Shown: positions 49,325-59,379, counted from the first letter of the stretch. The stretch is 64,000 nucleotides of DNA from Candidatus Poribacteria bacterium (GCA_965218285.1 OZ244616.1:1255827-1319826); one strand, 5' to 3'. Notes: generated from the letters alone by a model not told the origin. Numbers and translations are program-made.

Positions 49325-51070
49325 ATGCGAAAATCCTTATACATACTTGGAATTGTAGCGATACTTGTCCTATACCTTGCAATGAGTGCTACAACCACTG
49401 CCCAAAAACCCAATTTCCCGGAACGAATGCCTATTGTTGAACGTCCGTTCTCAGACGATCCAGACAAGTTTACTTTCGCAATCATTGGTGATAAAACCGG
49501 TGGTGGATTAGACAAGTGGCCCGTGTTTGATCGCGCAATTGATGAAATCAATACGTTGAACCCTGACTTTGCCATCATGGTTGGCGACTTAATACAGGGT
49601 GACACGACAGACCCATCCAAACTCGCAGCAGAATGGAAGGAATTTTGGGAACATCAATCCAATTTAAATGTTGCATTTCTTCCTTTACCCGGAAATCACG
49701 ACATTACTAATCGAGTAATGTATGACTATTGGAAGGACAACATTGGACTAACTTATTCTGCATTTACATACAAAGATTGTTTATTTCTCATGCTCAATAC
49801 TGAGGAGTGGCATGTAAACAGTGGTGAGTGGACAAACTGGTTTGGAGCGGAACAGATAAAATATGTGAAATCTCAATTGACACAACACAAGGATGTACGG
49901 CATACATTTGTTATGTTGCACAGACCCCTATGGCTTCAGAAACACTCCGGTTGGGAAGAAATAGAAGCAGCACTCGGTGAACGTCCATACACAGTCTTTG
50001 CAGGACACTACCATAACCTCACACTTCATACACGTAACGACAGACGATATTTCGTACTTGGAGCCACTGGTGGTGGATTTACACTTCAGCCAGTGCGAGA
50101 ATATGGTGCATTTGATCACTACAGTCTCGTGACCGTTGACAATGAAGAAGTCAACATCGCAATTATCGAACCCGGCAATATCCATCCAGCGGACATTTCA
50201 ACGGCTGCGTTCAAAAACAAGGTCTCAAAACTGCTTACATTCAAGACTCATTTTACGCATATTAAGGATGATCTTTCTTCCAGTGGAAGTCTTGAAATCT
50301 CATTGGAAAACACACTTGAAAAGCCTTTGAAAGTTGAATTAGTTTTTGGACCAAGTCAGAATTGGCAGATCTCCCCACACCAACTATCTATTCAAGCCAA
50401 GCCGGGGAAAACTACAAAAACGTCTGTCAATATTACCGTTCCATCGGATGCCTTAGTTCCTTTACCAATCTACAAATATTCTATGTTGTATGGTGGTGAA
50501 CAACTGGTAAGCGGCAGGAAGTTATATCACCCAATTGACAGAGAACACATGCGTGTTCTGAAAAACTGGATGCTTCTCGGTCCCTTTGATCTCGGTGTTA
50601 AAAAAGCACCCGCTGACTCGAAAGACATTCCGCCAAGTTTTATCAGTATATTATTACCAAAATTCAATGTTGATATGGTCTATCAAGGGAAAGCAGGAGA
50701 AATCACTTGGAAAGAACATAACTCAGATCAGGAACGTATTAAGTTAGATGAGGAGTTCGGAAATGCTGAGTTGGCTTACGGTTTTGGCATGACCTATATC
50801 AAGAGTCCTGATGCACGACGTGTTTTTGCACAGATGGGTTGGGGAAGCAATCTTGGCAGACTCTATCTTAACGGCGTTGAGATTCCTGATGCTGTTATTC
50901 CCGGCAAACATCTATTTTCATGGTGGGCACACTTCGAATTGCCTTTGAAGGAAGGTTGGAATACTTTGATGATCCTATCAGGAGATTATAATGGATGGTG
51001 GGATTATCGGATGGAAGTGGCAGACCCCGATAATGCTCTCCAGTTTGGGGTGAACAAGGTTTCAAAATAG
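49325..51070 (+). CDS. Secreted calcineurin-like metallophosphoesterase with C-terminal beta-sandwich domain
   Basis: IIGD, VGDL, PGNHD, HRP, FAGHYH. Confidence 0.88.
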   Translation: MRKSLYILGIVAILVLYLAMSATTTAQKPNFPERMPIVERPFSDDPDKFTFAIIGDKTGGGLDKWPVFDRAIDEINTLNPDFAIMVGDLIQGDTTDPSKLAAEWKEFWEHQSNLNVAFLPLPGNHDITNRVMYDYWKDNIGLTYSAFTYKDCLFLMLNTEEWHVNSGEWTNWFGAEQIKYVKSQLTQHKDVRHTFVMLHRPLWLQKHSGWEEIEAALGERPYTVFAGHYHNLTLHTRNDRRYFVLGATGGGFTLQPVREYGAFDHYSLVTVDNEEVNIAIIEPGNIHPADISTAAFKNKVSKLLTFKTHFTHIKDDLSSSGSLEISLENTLEKPLKVELVFGPSQNWQISPHQLSIQAKPGKTTKTSVNITVPSDALVPLPIYKYSMLYGGEQLVSGRKLYHPIDREHMRVLKNWMLLGPFDLGVKKAPADSKDIPPSFISILLPKFNVDMVYQGKAGEITWKEHNSDQERIKLDEEFGNAELAYGFGMTYIKSPDARRVFAQMGWGSNLGRLYLNGVEIPDAVIPGKHLFSWWAHFELPLKEGWNTLMILSGDYNGWWDYRMEVADPDNALQFGVNKVSK

Positions 51071-51199
51071 TTATAGAACATGATAATTCACGTTCATCAG
51101 ATACATACATCACTAACCTTCAAATTGTCAAATTGACATTTAAAGTGAAAGACAAAATATATGCCTTTTTCTCACAGTATTATTCAAAATCGTCTTTAT

Positions 51200-51658
51200 C
51201 ACTCTTCCCGCCAAAACCCCATGCTTTAACTTGGGGGATGTAGGCGGGCTATTGTTTTTATCGTAAAAAAGATTTGACATTTAGTGTAAAATGTGGTATA
51301 ACTACAACAACTTGCTGGATAGGAATTCCAACGCTGCTTCTTGGCAGTGTCCTATCCTAACCTTTGGAATGGTTTGTAGCAAGTTGCAATTGAGACCTTG
51401 TCCAACATCATCGGTAGCAGTCCATAAGTTTCGGAGGCAGGGTGAAAGCTGCCACGCAGATCGCTGCTACCACCCTTTTTCTATTTTGCAGGCAGGGATA
51501 GCCGTGAAAGTTTTTCGCACGATATGCCCTCTATCCACTTTTTCAGGATATAGGGGAATTGCCTGCTGGTGGAGCGATAATAAGACAGTTGACTCTTTGA
51601 GAAGACCGCAGTTGCTATGAAGCCGAAGCCCCATGCTTTAGCTTGTGGGTGCTATCAC
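51200..51658 (+). mobile_element. Non-autonomous IS605/tnpB-type element
   Basis: TTTAT flank, left hairpin with AAAA foot, right hairpin with GAAG foot ending TCAC, internal TTGACA-17-TATAAC promoter, reRNA-like 3' part. Confidence 0.75.
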
Positions 51659-51693
51659 TGATTGTATTGCTAATTGTCGCATATTTGTTTCTA

Positions 51694-51952
51694 ATACTAA
51701 ATTAACTTGATTCCAATCTATCGGTGCGGTTTCTAACCGCACCTTTTTGTATCAACATCTCAAATAACGCAAAGGACGAGAATATCAGCGTTCATAGTCG
51801 CGCAATTCATTGCGCCTCTTATATTCAAAGAAAAGAGGCGCAATGAATTGCGCGACTACAAACGAGTTCTTTCCTTAAATTGACGCTTATGGTGCGGTTA
51901 GGAAACCGCACCTACCGGCCGGAAAATAGGACAAATCCCGTTAATTGGGTAT
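51694..51952. repeat. Composite REP element containing an inverted REP pair
   Basis: ATACTAAATTAAC...GTTAATTGGGTAT; ~170 bp shared with 17625-17792. Confidence 0.8.
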
Positions 51953-51958
51953 TAGGTA

Positions 51959-52921
51959 TTATTCTTGTATCTTGAAATCAAATTGGATTTCGACCAAGCG
52001 TGCAATTGCAGTACCATTCTTCTTCGCTGGTATATACCTACTCTTTTTCAATGTTTCAACAGCTGCTTCCTCAAGACCATAACCAAGTTTTGTTAGCACC
52101 GTAATCTCTTTTGGGATCCCATCTGTATCAATATTCGCACGTAATATCACCGTGCCTTCCTTTTTTAGCAATTTTGCCATCTTTGGATAAGCAGGTTTCA
52201 ATATAGGTGCTATCTGCAACGGCATCGTCTCTGTGCCAACAAGGTCAAGCGGATCAATCAAACCGTGACCTGCATCTGGCTCAGTCTGTGTCAGTTCGTC
52301 AAACGAAGTATTTGGTGATGTCGACTTTTCAATTATGAGAATAGGTGTTAGTTTTAAAATTTCCTGATCTGATGGGAAGGATACGTCTCGTCTCATTTCA
52401 AAAGATTTCGCTCCGTTCACCGTTGAATTCTCTGATATTTCAACAATCGAGACATCTGAATCCGACAGTTTGATTGTGTCCTGTGTCTTTAGAGAATCAG
52501 TTGGAGTCGCCACCGGTTCCTGCTGAATCCTAACTGCTTGTGGGTGTAGAGACCTCCCAGAATATCTCGGTGGATGAGGCGGACAAACATGCGGAGGTCT
52601 CGGCTTTATGACAAAAAACTCTAAACGTAACACATTATCCTCATCTACCATTCGTTCTGCTATACAAAAAACACCGATGAGGATTGCCAGAATCGCGTGA
52701 AACCCTATAGAGAATATGAAGGCAGACGAGTTTCGAGATCCCGTCTTCTTCAGAGTGATTGTTGGTGTCTTACGCCATCGTGCAACAGATAAGGCACTTT
52801 TCTGATTTTCATTCAGGTCAAACGTCTTTAAAATGACAGGAGTTTTCGGTTTCTTCCGATCAAGACGAATCTGCTGAATCTGGACAAGAATATCAGTACT
52901 TCTATCCATCTTTTTCCTCAT
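51959..52921 (-). CDS. TonB-family energy transducer
   Basis: SIGFH TM anchor, Pro-rich linker, PAYP.MA....EGTV...GYGLEEAA...PAKKNG. Confidence 0.85.
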   Translation of the reverse strand: MRKKMDRSTDILVQIQQIRLDRKKPKTPVILKTFDLNENQKSALSVARWRKTPTITLKKTGSRNSSAFIFSIGFHAILAILIGVFCIAERMVDEDNVLRLEFFVIKPRPPHVCPPHPPRYSGRSLHPQAVRIQQEPVATPTDSLKTQDTIKLSDSDVSIVEISENSTVNGAKSFEMRRDVSFPSDQEILKLTPILIIEKSTSPNTSFDELTQTEPDAGHGLIDPLDLVGTETMPLQIAPILKPAYPKMAKLLKKEGTVILRANIDTDGIPKEITVLTKLGYGLEEAAVETLKKSRYIPAKKNGTAIARLVEIQFDFKIQE

Positions 52922-52940
52922 TTGCGATAGAGATGCTTTA

Positions 52941-53465
52941 ATATCAAATTAACTTGATTTATCTCATTTTTCTTGGTATTAGGTGCGGTTAAGCAAGTTT
53001 CAATATTAAATTTATGTTTTTGATCTTCAGACCCGTTGGAAGATTGGAAGTATGGAAGTTGGGAAGATAACGAACACAGCGTTTCTTCCAGTTTTCCTTT
53101 TTTCTACCCTTCCTCAAAACCTAAAATGTATATTTAATATTGCTTAGATGAAGATTAAAAAATTAATTCGGTAATTTTCTAACCATAGACATCTTGTTTT
53201 ATGTTTTTCTTGTGTGAGGTCTATTATCTGGTTGTCTGAATCGCGGCGGGCACGGAGGACACAGAAGACGCGGAAAATGCTTTTGTGTCTCGGACATTTC
53301 CTTTCGCCAGAGACGGGTCGGTAACAAAGAATCTCTTAATTCCGCGTAATCCGCGTTCTCTGCGATAATCCGCGATTCAGACAGAAAAGAGATCAGAATT
53401 ACCGAACTAATAAATTAATCTTCATGAAACCGCACCTACCGGGTGGGATTAAGTTAATTGGGTAT
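52941..53465. repeat. Nested composite of three inverted-repeat elements
   Basis: Outer ATATCAAATTAAC...GTTAATTGGGTAT; REP GGTGCGGTT/AACCGCACC split by two inserts. Confidence 0.7.
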
Positions 53466-53529
53466 AAGTCAATAGTATAACGTATTTCCACTAACAAGCA
53501 AAGTTATTTTCAACTATGCAACTTGTCTC

Positions 53530-53618
53530 ATACCAAATTAACTTGATTCGACGTCTTTTGATATAGTACACCGTTGCGAGGCACGGGGACCTCGCGCTAC
53601 AAATCCCGTTAATTGGGT
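53530..53618. repeat. ATACCAAATTAAC-type REP-carrying element
   Basis: Same ends and GCGAGG/CCTCGC hairpin. Confidence 0.8.
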
Positions 53619-53686
53619 CTCACTACAATTCTCTGCTGAGAACTTCTGTAGAAGTGTATTCTATGTTGAATAGTGCATAACTGTAC

Positions 53687-54904
53687 CTAATAATTTCCGC
53701 GCAGGGTTAAACTCACAATACTATGATTGTAGTTGAGAAAATCGAGTATCGGATTTATTTCGTTTGTTTGGTTATTGGTAAGTTGATAGTCAGCACTCAC
53801 CGTTAGATAGGATGTGAATTTCCAGTTTACCTGTGCTGTCAAACCATATTGTGTATCACTTCGATTATCAGCATCTTCCAGCATCATACCTGTCTCATCC
53901 TGAATCTGTCTATCATCAAACTGCACCCAAAGTCGAGAAAACCGCAGTCGACCCCATCGTTCTGTATCAAACCTATAAAATGTGCTCAACGCTGCTTCAG
54001 TGCTGGTAAAGTTGAAGAAATCGACGTTAGAACGGTTTAGAAATAGGTTGACTTCTTGTTGAAAAACGAAACGTTCCGATGCAGTCTGTATCAATTTTGC
54101 AGTCACGAAATGTCTCAAATCGATTCTGCGTTCATCTTCTTCAAGTCCAGTTCTTCCTAAGATAAGATTGTTCAGATTGGTTTGGTAACTTCCATGTTCA
54201 ACTGCATATTCTACTTTACCCAACATCTGTTTGAGCAATCCAAGTTGAAACCGCGTAGTTGCTTTATGGCTTGTGGAACCGATAAGTAGGAAATCTTCTC
54301 TAAGTTGAGATTCATCGTCAAATCGGTGAATTCTCAGATTATATTCTAAAATACGTCCAAAACGGAGACCCATCCGCCGTTCAGCGTTGTTATAAACATC
54401 CAGTGTTCGCGTCAACCGTTGAAACTGATGAGAGGCTACAAATTCGGGTAGACTTGAGAACGGGCGAAAACTCAGTTCTGTTGATGAAATATCAGAGAAC
54501 GCATCAAATTCATTGAGTTTTCCTGCTGCGCCGGTGTAGTTTTCAAGTTGAGGAAAGTATTGCAGCTTGAGTCTGAGTTTATCACCCACTATCGGCAAGT
54601 CACCGTGCATGTTCACGCCTAATCTGTTAATCAAACCTTCAAGTTGTGGGCTCTCCTGTCCAGCGAGGCTGCTGGTGTAAGGGTCAACACTTAATCCAAG
54701 TTCAATATGATTATTAAAGGTGTTGGAGAGATGTGCGTCAATTGTTAGTTTTGCCGGATCGGTTTTGGGTGGTTCAGGTGGAAGTTGTAGCAGCTCAGGA
54801 TCAAATCCGTTCTGAAATTGTGCAAAAGCGGGTTGCAATTGTCCTGCTACCAATAAGGTACAGATAAACACACCTATCCAAAAAGAGAATTTTATTTTTT
54901 TCAC
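53687..54904 (-). CDS. Secreted protein, probable outer-membrane beta-barrel
   Basis: GGAG + GTG, signal peptide VKKIKFSF...AFA, alternating beta strands, ends SLTLRGNY. Confidence 0.7.
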   Translation of the reverse strand: MKKIKFSFWIGVFICTLLVAGQLQPAFAQFQNGFDPELLQLPPEPPKTDPAKLTIDAHLSNTFNNHIELGLSVDPYTSSLAGQESPQLEGLINRLGVNMHGDLPIVGDKLRLKLQYFPQLENYTGAAGKLNEFDAFSDISSTELSFRPFSSLPEFVASHQFQRLTRTLDVYNNAERRMGLRFGRILEYNLRIHRFDDESQLREDFLLIGSTSHKATTRFQLGLLKQMLGKVEYAVEHGSYQTNLNNLILGRTGLEEDERRIDLRHFVTAKLIQTASERFVFQQEVNLFLNRSNVDFFNFTSTEAALSTFYRFDTERWGRLRFSRLWVQFDDRQIQDETGMMLEDADNRSDTQYGLTAQVNWKFTSYLTVSADYQLTNNQTNEINPILDFLNYNHSIVSLTLRGNY

Positions 54905-55032
54905 ACGTCGTCTCCAATACTTGGAATTATCAATCAAAAGTGCAATTATTTTGACAGACTCAACTTGATTAATACATAAAATACAACAGTCCATCAACAT
55001 TTCTAATATTATTCCAAAACCCAATCCATAAA

Positions 55033-55521
55033 CTAACTATATTTTCTCTGATATTCCTTGCCCGTTGCCTCATGTATAATTCCTTCTATATCAAGTTCAG
55101 ATAGTTTATTGGGTTCAATGGCGTAAATACCAGTTTCTTGTGAGCATAGTTGGATGAAACGAGGCATGCCAGCAATGGTTAGTTTTTCAACAAGTATTCT
55201 GAGTCCGGCTTCATGAAGTTCCATATCTGTCATTTTTGGGATATGCAGTGCTGATGGGTTTTTGTTACGTGATGAATCAGTTTGAATTGTCGTTGTGATT
55301 TGGGTAGACTGTTCTGCTTCACGTGCCTGCTGTATTTCCTCTATAATTGTGTCGATATCTGGAAAATCGTCAAGCCATTCATGCCTTTCAACAGTATAAT
55401 CTCCCTTACACGGACCACACAAATTGAGAAACCGGTGTACTCCTTTAGTGCCAAGTTTGCTTGCGAGAGCTTCAATTCCAAGCCGATATATTTCGTTATC
55501 TGTCATTTTTCTAATACTCAT
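55033..55521 (-). CDS. Internally duplicated small protein resembling PIN-associated antitoxins
   Basis: KMTDNEIYRLGIEAL..KL...G..RF and KMTDMELHEAGLRIL..KL...G..RF; GDYTVERHEWL. Confidence 0.6.
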   Translation of the reverse strand: MSIRKMTDNEIYRLGIEALASKLGTKGVHRFLNLCGPCKGDYTVERHEWLDDFPDIDTIIEEIQQAREAEQSTQITTTIQTDSSRNKNPSALHIPKMTDMELHEAGLRILVEKLTIAGMPRFIQLCSQETGIYAIEPNKLSELDIEGIIHEATGKEYQRKYS

Positions 55522-55614
55522 CAAGATGTTTTGATTCGCTCTATCCATAAGCAATTTAATTCGATCGCGTTGAATCCAATCCTTGTTTTTGTTGACTTCG
55601 GTTACTAATACCTC

Positions 55615-55705
55615 ATACCAAATTAACGGGATTAGAAGTTTCCTAATAGCGGTTAGCATTGCGAGGCACGGGGACCTCGCGCTACAGATCGGGTTAATTT
55701 GGTAT
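55615..55705. repeat. Single copy of the 91-bp unit that forms the 61.1-kb array
   Basis: ATACCAAATTAACGGGATTAGAAG...GTTAATTTGGTAT. Confidence 0.85.
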
Positions 55706-55802
55706 AACTTGTCTGGCAAGCAACCCTTGTTGATACCACAATCTGCAAGTCTAAGCCTTGGGATCCTAAAGCTTAGACTTGGAATATGTCAATTCTGTGA
55801 CA

Positions 55803-56660
55803 CTACCTTTTAAAAAACAATCTACGTTTACAATATTGCCCAAACCTTAGTTGTGGCAACAAGTTAGCTTTAATAGCGCGCTTTGAGCGCACCCAAACCG
55901 TTGGAAGCTTGCCAGCTGCTTGAACAGCAAAAAACATATCCGGTGTGCACTCATCAGCCGTATCGCAAATCTTCCAATTGTCAAATGATACAACCGTAAG
56001 CCCAGGCGGACCGCTGCTTGAGCCGCCGTTTAGACCCACTTGACCACTTTTCGGTCTAAGATCTCCAAAATTCAGTGCGCTATTAAGGAGCCAATCTTTC
56101 GGTTCTGCTTCGCCATTTTTCCAGATTTTGCCCGTAAGACCACCGTCTGATATTTCAGCCTTCATCCAGTACCAAGTGCCGATTTCTACTGCACCGAACG
56201 GAGGATTAGTATCATTATCTTTCCAAGCACGATGGTCATTGAGGTATTCCATATTATTCAGAAACTGATGAATAAGAAACGCGTAACCCGCGCCATCGCC
56301 TGGATCAAGACGGAATCCCATTCCACAACGCGCATGGTCATGCTCTCCCCACTTATCAACGCGGATCATCACCAACCCAGTATGCGGCTCCTCAAATTCG
56401 CCATTCAGAACGAGATACGTGTGGTCACCAGGGTTTTCCTTGGTCTGACTGATAACGCCGCCCTCTTCTACCCATGCACCTTGATTGTTTTTGAACTCAT
56501 ATTTCGCATCAATTATCCCATCTTCAAAATCGTCATAATATAAAACCTCACCAGAACTACTTGAAGTCCATGTAAAAATGGCGGCATATACCAGTATAAA
56601 GAAGAAATACTTGTGGGTTGCTAAATTTTTAAAAATATTCATAAAACGAACCTCCTTCAA
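55803..56660 (-). CDS. Secreted concanavalin/3-keto-disaccharide-hydrolase-like protein with frameshifted C-terminal motif
   Basis: Signal peptide, DDFEDG, GTWYWMK, GQVGL, FDNWKI; AVQAAGKLPTVW then the motif continues in another frame. Confidence 0.7.
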   Translation of the reverse strand: MKEVRFMNIFKNLATHKYFFFILVYAAIFTWTSSSSGEVLYYDDFEDGIIDAKYEFKNNQGAWVEEGGVISQTKENPGDHTYLVLNGEFEEPHTGLVMIRVDKWGEHDHARCGMGFRLDPGDGAGYAFLIHQFLNNMEYLNDHRAWKDNDTNPPFGAVEIGTWYWMKAEISDGGLTGKIWKNGEAEPKDWLLNSALNFGDLRPKSGQVGLNGGSSSGPPGLTVVSFDNWKICDTADECTPDMFFAVQAAGKLPTVWVRSKRAIKANLLPQLRFGQYCKRRLFFKR

Positions 56661-56890
56661 AACTATTCGTAATCAATTTGCCTCAGCATCGGATGATAAC
56701 ATCTCGCCCATAGGGATTCTGTTATTCTTATGGTGCGACACGTTGATTGACACCATCCGTATAAAAGGCAAGAATTTTATCTAACTAATGGTATTACAGA
56801 AGCGGTGGAAACACTTAACCACGCCCCTGCAATCAATGGTAAAAGTATACTAAAATTTTCCAAAATAAGCAAGAAAATTTTAATCTTACG

Positions 56891-57103
56891 CAAGGTTATT
56901 TAGTTTTAGGCTTTTTGCCCATTTTAGATGAAAAGTCGCGACCGGGAGGTCGCTCGGACAGCGGAGGGTCTTAAAGCGAGAATCTAAATATTCGGTAAAC
57001 TAAATAGTCCTGTACCAGGGGTATTCACATATTTTAGATTGGACTATAAACATTAACGTTTGTGGATAAAGGACGCCCAAAAATCGAAAACTAAATAGCC
57101 CTG
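56891..57103. repeat. CAGGGYTATTTAG-type MITE plus an extra right end
   Basis: CAAGGTTATTTAGTTT...AAACTAAATAGTCCTG (56891-57012) and AAAACTAAATAGCCCTG ending at 57103. Confidence 0.7.
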
Positions 57104-57131
57104 ATGTTTGGTTTAGGATACCATTGACACC

Positions 57132-57902
57132 TTACTCAATTATTCTGTCTTGTGGACTTGAGGCAGACGCGTAGAGTTTGCGTGGAATACGTCCTGCTAA
57201 GTACGCGGCTCTACCTGCTTCAACAGCTTTCTTCATCGCTTCTGCCATCAGCACCGGACGATGTGCCTTTGCAACTGCGGTGTTGAGCAAAACACCATCA
57301 CAACCCAACTCCATTGCAATTGCTGCATCAGAAGCAGTTCCGACACCCGCATCTACGATGAGCGGCACCTTAACATTATCTCTGATAATCTGGATATTAT
57401 ACGGATTGCGTATCCCCATTCCTGAACCGATCGGTGCACCTAATGGCATCACGGCTGCACAACCAATATCTTCCAATTTCTTACAAGTGATTGGATCGTC
57501 GTTGCAATACGGTAGCACAGTGAACCCATCTTTCACAAGCACTTCAGCCGCGCTAAGAAGCTGCTCTACATCCGGAAATAGAGTCTGCTCATCACCGATA
57601 ACTTCAAGTTTAATAAGCGATGTTGCAAGTGCTTCACGTGCAAGTTGTGCTGTTAGAATAGCATCCTTTGCAGTGAAACAGCCTGCGGTATTAGGAAGAA
57701 TTGTTATGCCCCGTTCACGTAGGAGCGCGAACAGATTCTCACCAGATGTATCCGTAAATTTCACACGACGCATTGAGACAGTAGCGATTTCGGCACCACT
57801 TGTCGCAATAGCCTCTGTCATAATATGAAAATTCGGATACCCTGCAGTTCCGATAAGTAGTCTTGATGTGTATGTTTGATCTGCGATTTTGAGTTCTTGC
57901 AT
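57132..57902 (-). CDS. thiG: Thiazole synthase
   Basis: [35 protein letters not shown]. Confidence 0.97.
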   Translation of the reverse strand: MQELKIADQTYTSRLLIGTAGYPNFHIMTEAIATSGAEIATVSMRRVKFTDTSGENLFALLRERGITILPNTAGCFTAKDAILTAQLAREALATSLIKLEVIGDEQTLFPDVEQLLSAAEVLVKDGFTVLPYCNDDPITCKKLEDIGCAAVMPLGAPIGSGMGIRNPYNIQIIRDNVKVPLIVDAGVGTASDAAIAMELGCDGVLLNTAVAKAHRPVLMAEAMKKAVEAGRAAYLAGRIPRKLYASASSPQDRIIE

Positions 57903-58022
57903 TTATTCACTTTCTAACAGCACGTCTATTTTTTTAGTATAACAGATTCCAAACTTCTATATCAAATACATTTCTTAATTCAAGATTCTTATTTATGCTC
58001 TATTAGCATTTCGAATCCACTT

Positions 58023-58229
58023 TTAACCACCCTGAACAGCACGGATAATTTCAATCTCGCTATCTTCGCGAAGTTCTGTGTCTTTCCACACCGTTCTCGG
58101 AATGACCTCTCTGTCCACTGCAACCGCGATCCCAGACTGCTCTGGACTCAATTCTAAGTCAATCAGTAACTCATAGATATTCAAATTGTGACGCACTTCT
58201 CTATCTTCACCATTTACGCTTATCTTCAT
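58023..58229 (-). CDS. thiS: Sulfur carrier protein
   Basis: MKISVNGE...IAVAV...EIIRAVQGG. Confidence 0.95.
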   Translation of the reverse strand: MKISVNGEDREVRHNLNIYELLIDLELSPEQSGIAVAVDREVIPRTVWKDTELREDSEIEIIRAVQGG

Positions 58230-58242
58230 TTAGCAACTCCAT

Positions 58243-59379
58243 CTATGCAATAAACCTACCTAACTGAAACGGTGCAAGTGTGTCCGATGTCTCACCGGTC
58301 AAAATCAGTTTAGCAATCTCGTAAGCCGTAATAGGAGTTAGCAGAATGCCATTCCGATAATGACCAGTAGCATATATTAGATTCTCAATAGGTGTTTTGC
58401 CAAGTATAGGAGCATTGTCTCGGCTTCCGGGACGCAATCCTGTCCAAGTCTCCAGGATTGGCAGCTCATAAACACCCGGCACCACTTCCCATGCCCCGCG
58501 AAGCAACTCAAACATACCACCCGCAGTTAATCGTGTGTCAAATCCCATATCTTCACTCGTTGCGCCGATGATGAGTCTCCCATCAGATCGTGGCACAAGA
58601 TATACTGAGGTAGGATATTTTGCACGTACGGTGCGGATGACTGTTTTTATATCAATACCTTCTTCCATCTGCAACGCCAACATCTGTCCTTTCACGGGAC
58701 GTACAGGTGGAATTATAGCATCAGGTAATCCTTCAATTTGTGCTGACCAGCATCCTGCCGAAAGGACAACGACATCTGCAGCTTGGAATCCTTCATGTGT
58801 CTGAACACCGGTTGTAATACCATTTTCTATGACAATTCTCTCGACTGCACAATTTTCATGCAACATACTACCACACGCATGATAGGCGTGCTGCAGTGCC
58901 TTAACCATCAACCTGTTGTCAACCTGATAGTCGGTGGCACAGTGAATTGCAGCGGTGACACGTGGCGAGAGTGCAGGTTCAATGTCCCGCGCTTCTTGTC
59001 CGTTCAACCACTGCACATCCAACCCTAACTGCTGTTGTGCCGTGTAAAGGTGCCGAAGTTGATGCGTATCATCAGGCTCCAATCCTACAACAAGCGTGCC
59101 TTCTACCCGATATCCTATAGATACTCCAGTGTCTGCTTCTAATTCGTCAACCCAATGTGGATAACGTGCTAAACTTTCACTACCTAACTTCAGGAGTTCT
59201 GGTTCTTCCGTGTGCGCTTCGGCAAGGGGGGCAAGCATCCCAGCGGCTGCCCAAGAGGCAGCACGTCCTGCTTGGTCACGTTCATAGATGGTGACTGAAG
59301 CACCCGACTTCGCAAGTTGCCACCCGATACCGAGACCAATCACACCACCACCGATGATGATTATGTTTCTATTTGACAT
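58243..59379 (-). CDS. thiO: Glycine oxidase
   Basis: GGGVIG, ASWAAAGML, PVKGQ, GLRP, GHYRNGILL. Confidence 0.95.
   Translation of the reverse strand: MSNRNIIIIGGGVIGLGIGWQLAKSGASVTIYERDQAGRAASWAAAGMLAPLAEAHTEEPELLKLGSESLARYPHWVDELEADTGVSIGYRVEGTLVVGLEPDDTHQLRHLYTAQQQLGLDVQWLNGQEARDIEPALSPRVTAAIHCATDYQVDNRLMVKALQHAYHACGSMLHENCAVERIVIENGITTGVQTHEGFQAADVVVLSAGCWSAQIEGLPDAIIPPVRPVKGQMLALQMEEGIDIKTVIRTVRAKYPTSVYLVPRSDGRLIIGATSEDMGFDTRLTAGGMFELLRGAWEVVPGVYELPILETWTGLRPGSRDNAPILGKTPIENLIYATGHYRNGILLTPITAYEIAKLILTGETSDTLAPFQLGRFIA

Noticed and set aside
51291-51620. 109-aa ORF
   Set aside because: Starts within the promoter and spans structured RNA; no recognisable motif
55522-55719. N-terminal extension of ORF 55033-55719 (also ORFs 45624-45851, 61526-61768, 9318-9530)
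   Set aside because: Read-through of repeat elements
57178-57828. 216-aa plus-strand ORF and similar shadow ORFs (3294-3830, 20612-21217, 63358-63780)
   Set aside because: Antisense to well-supported genes
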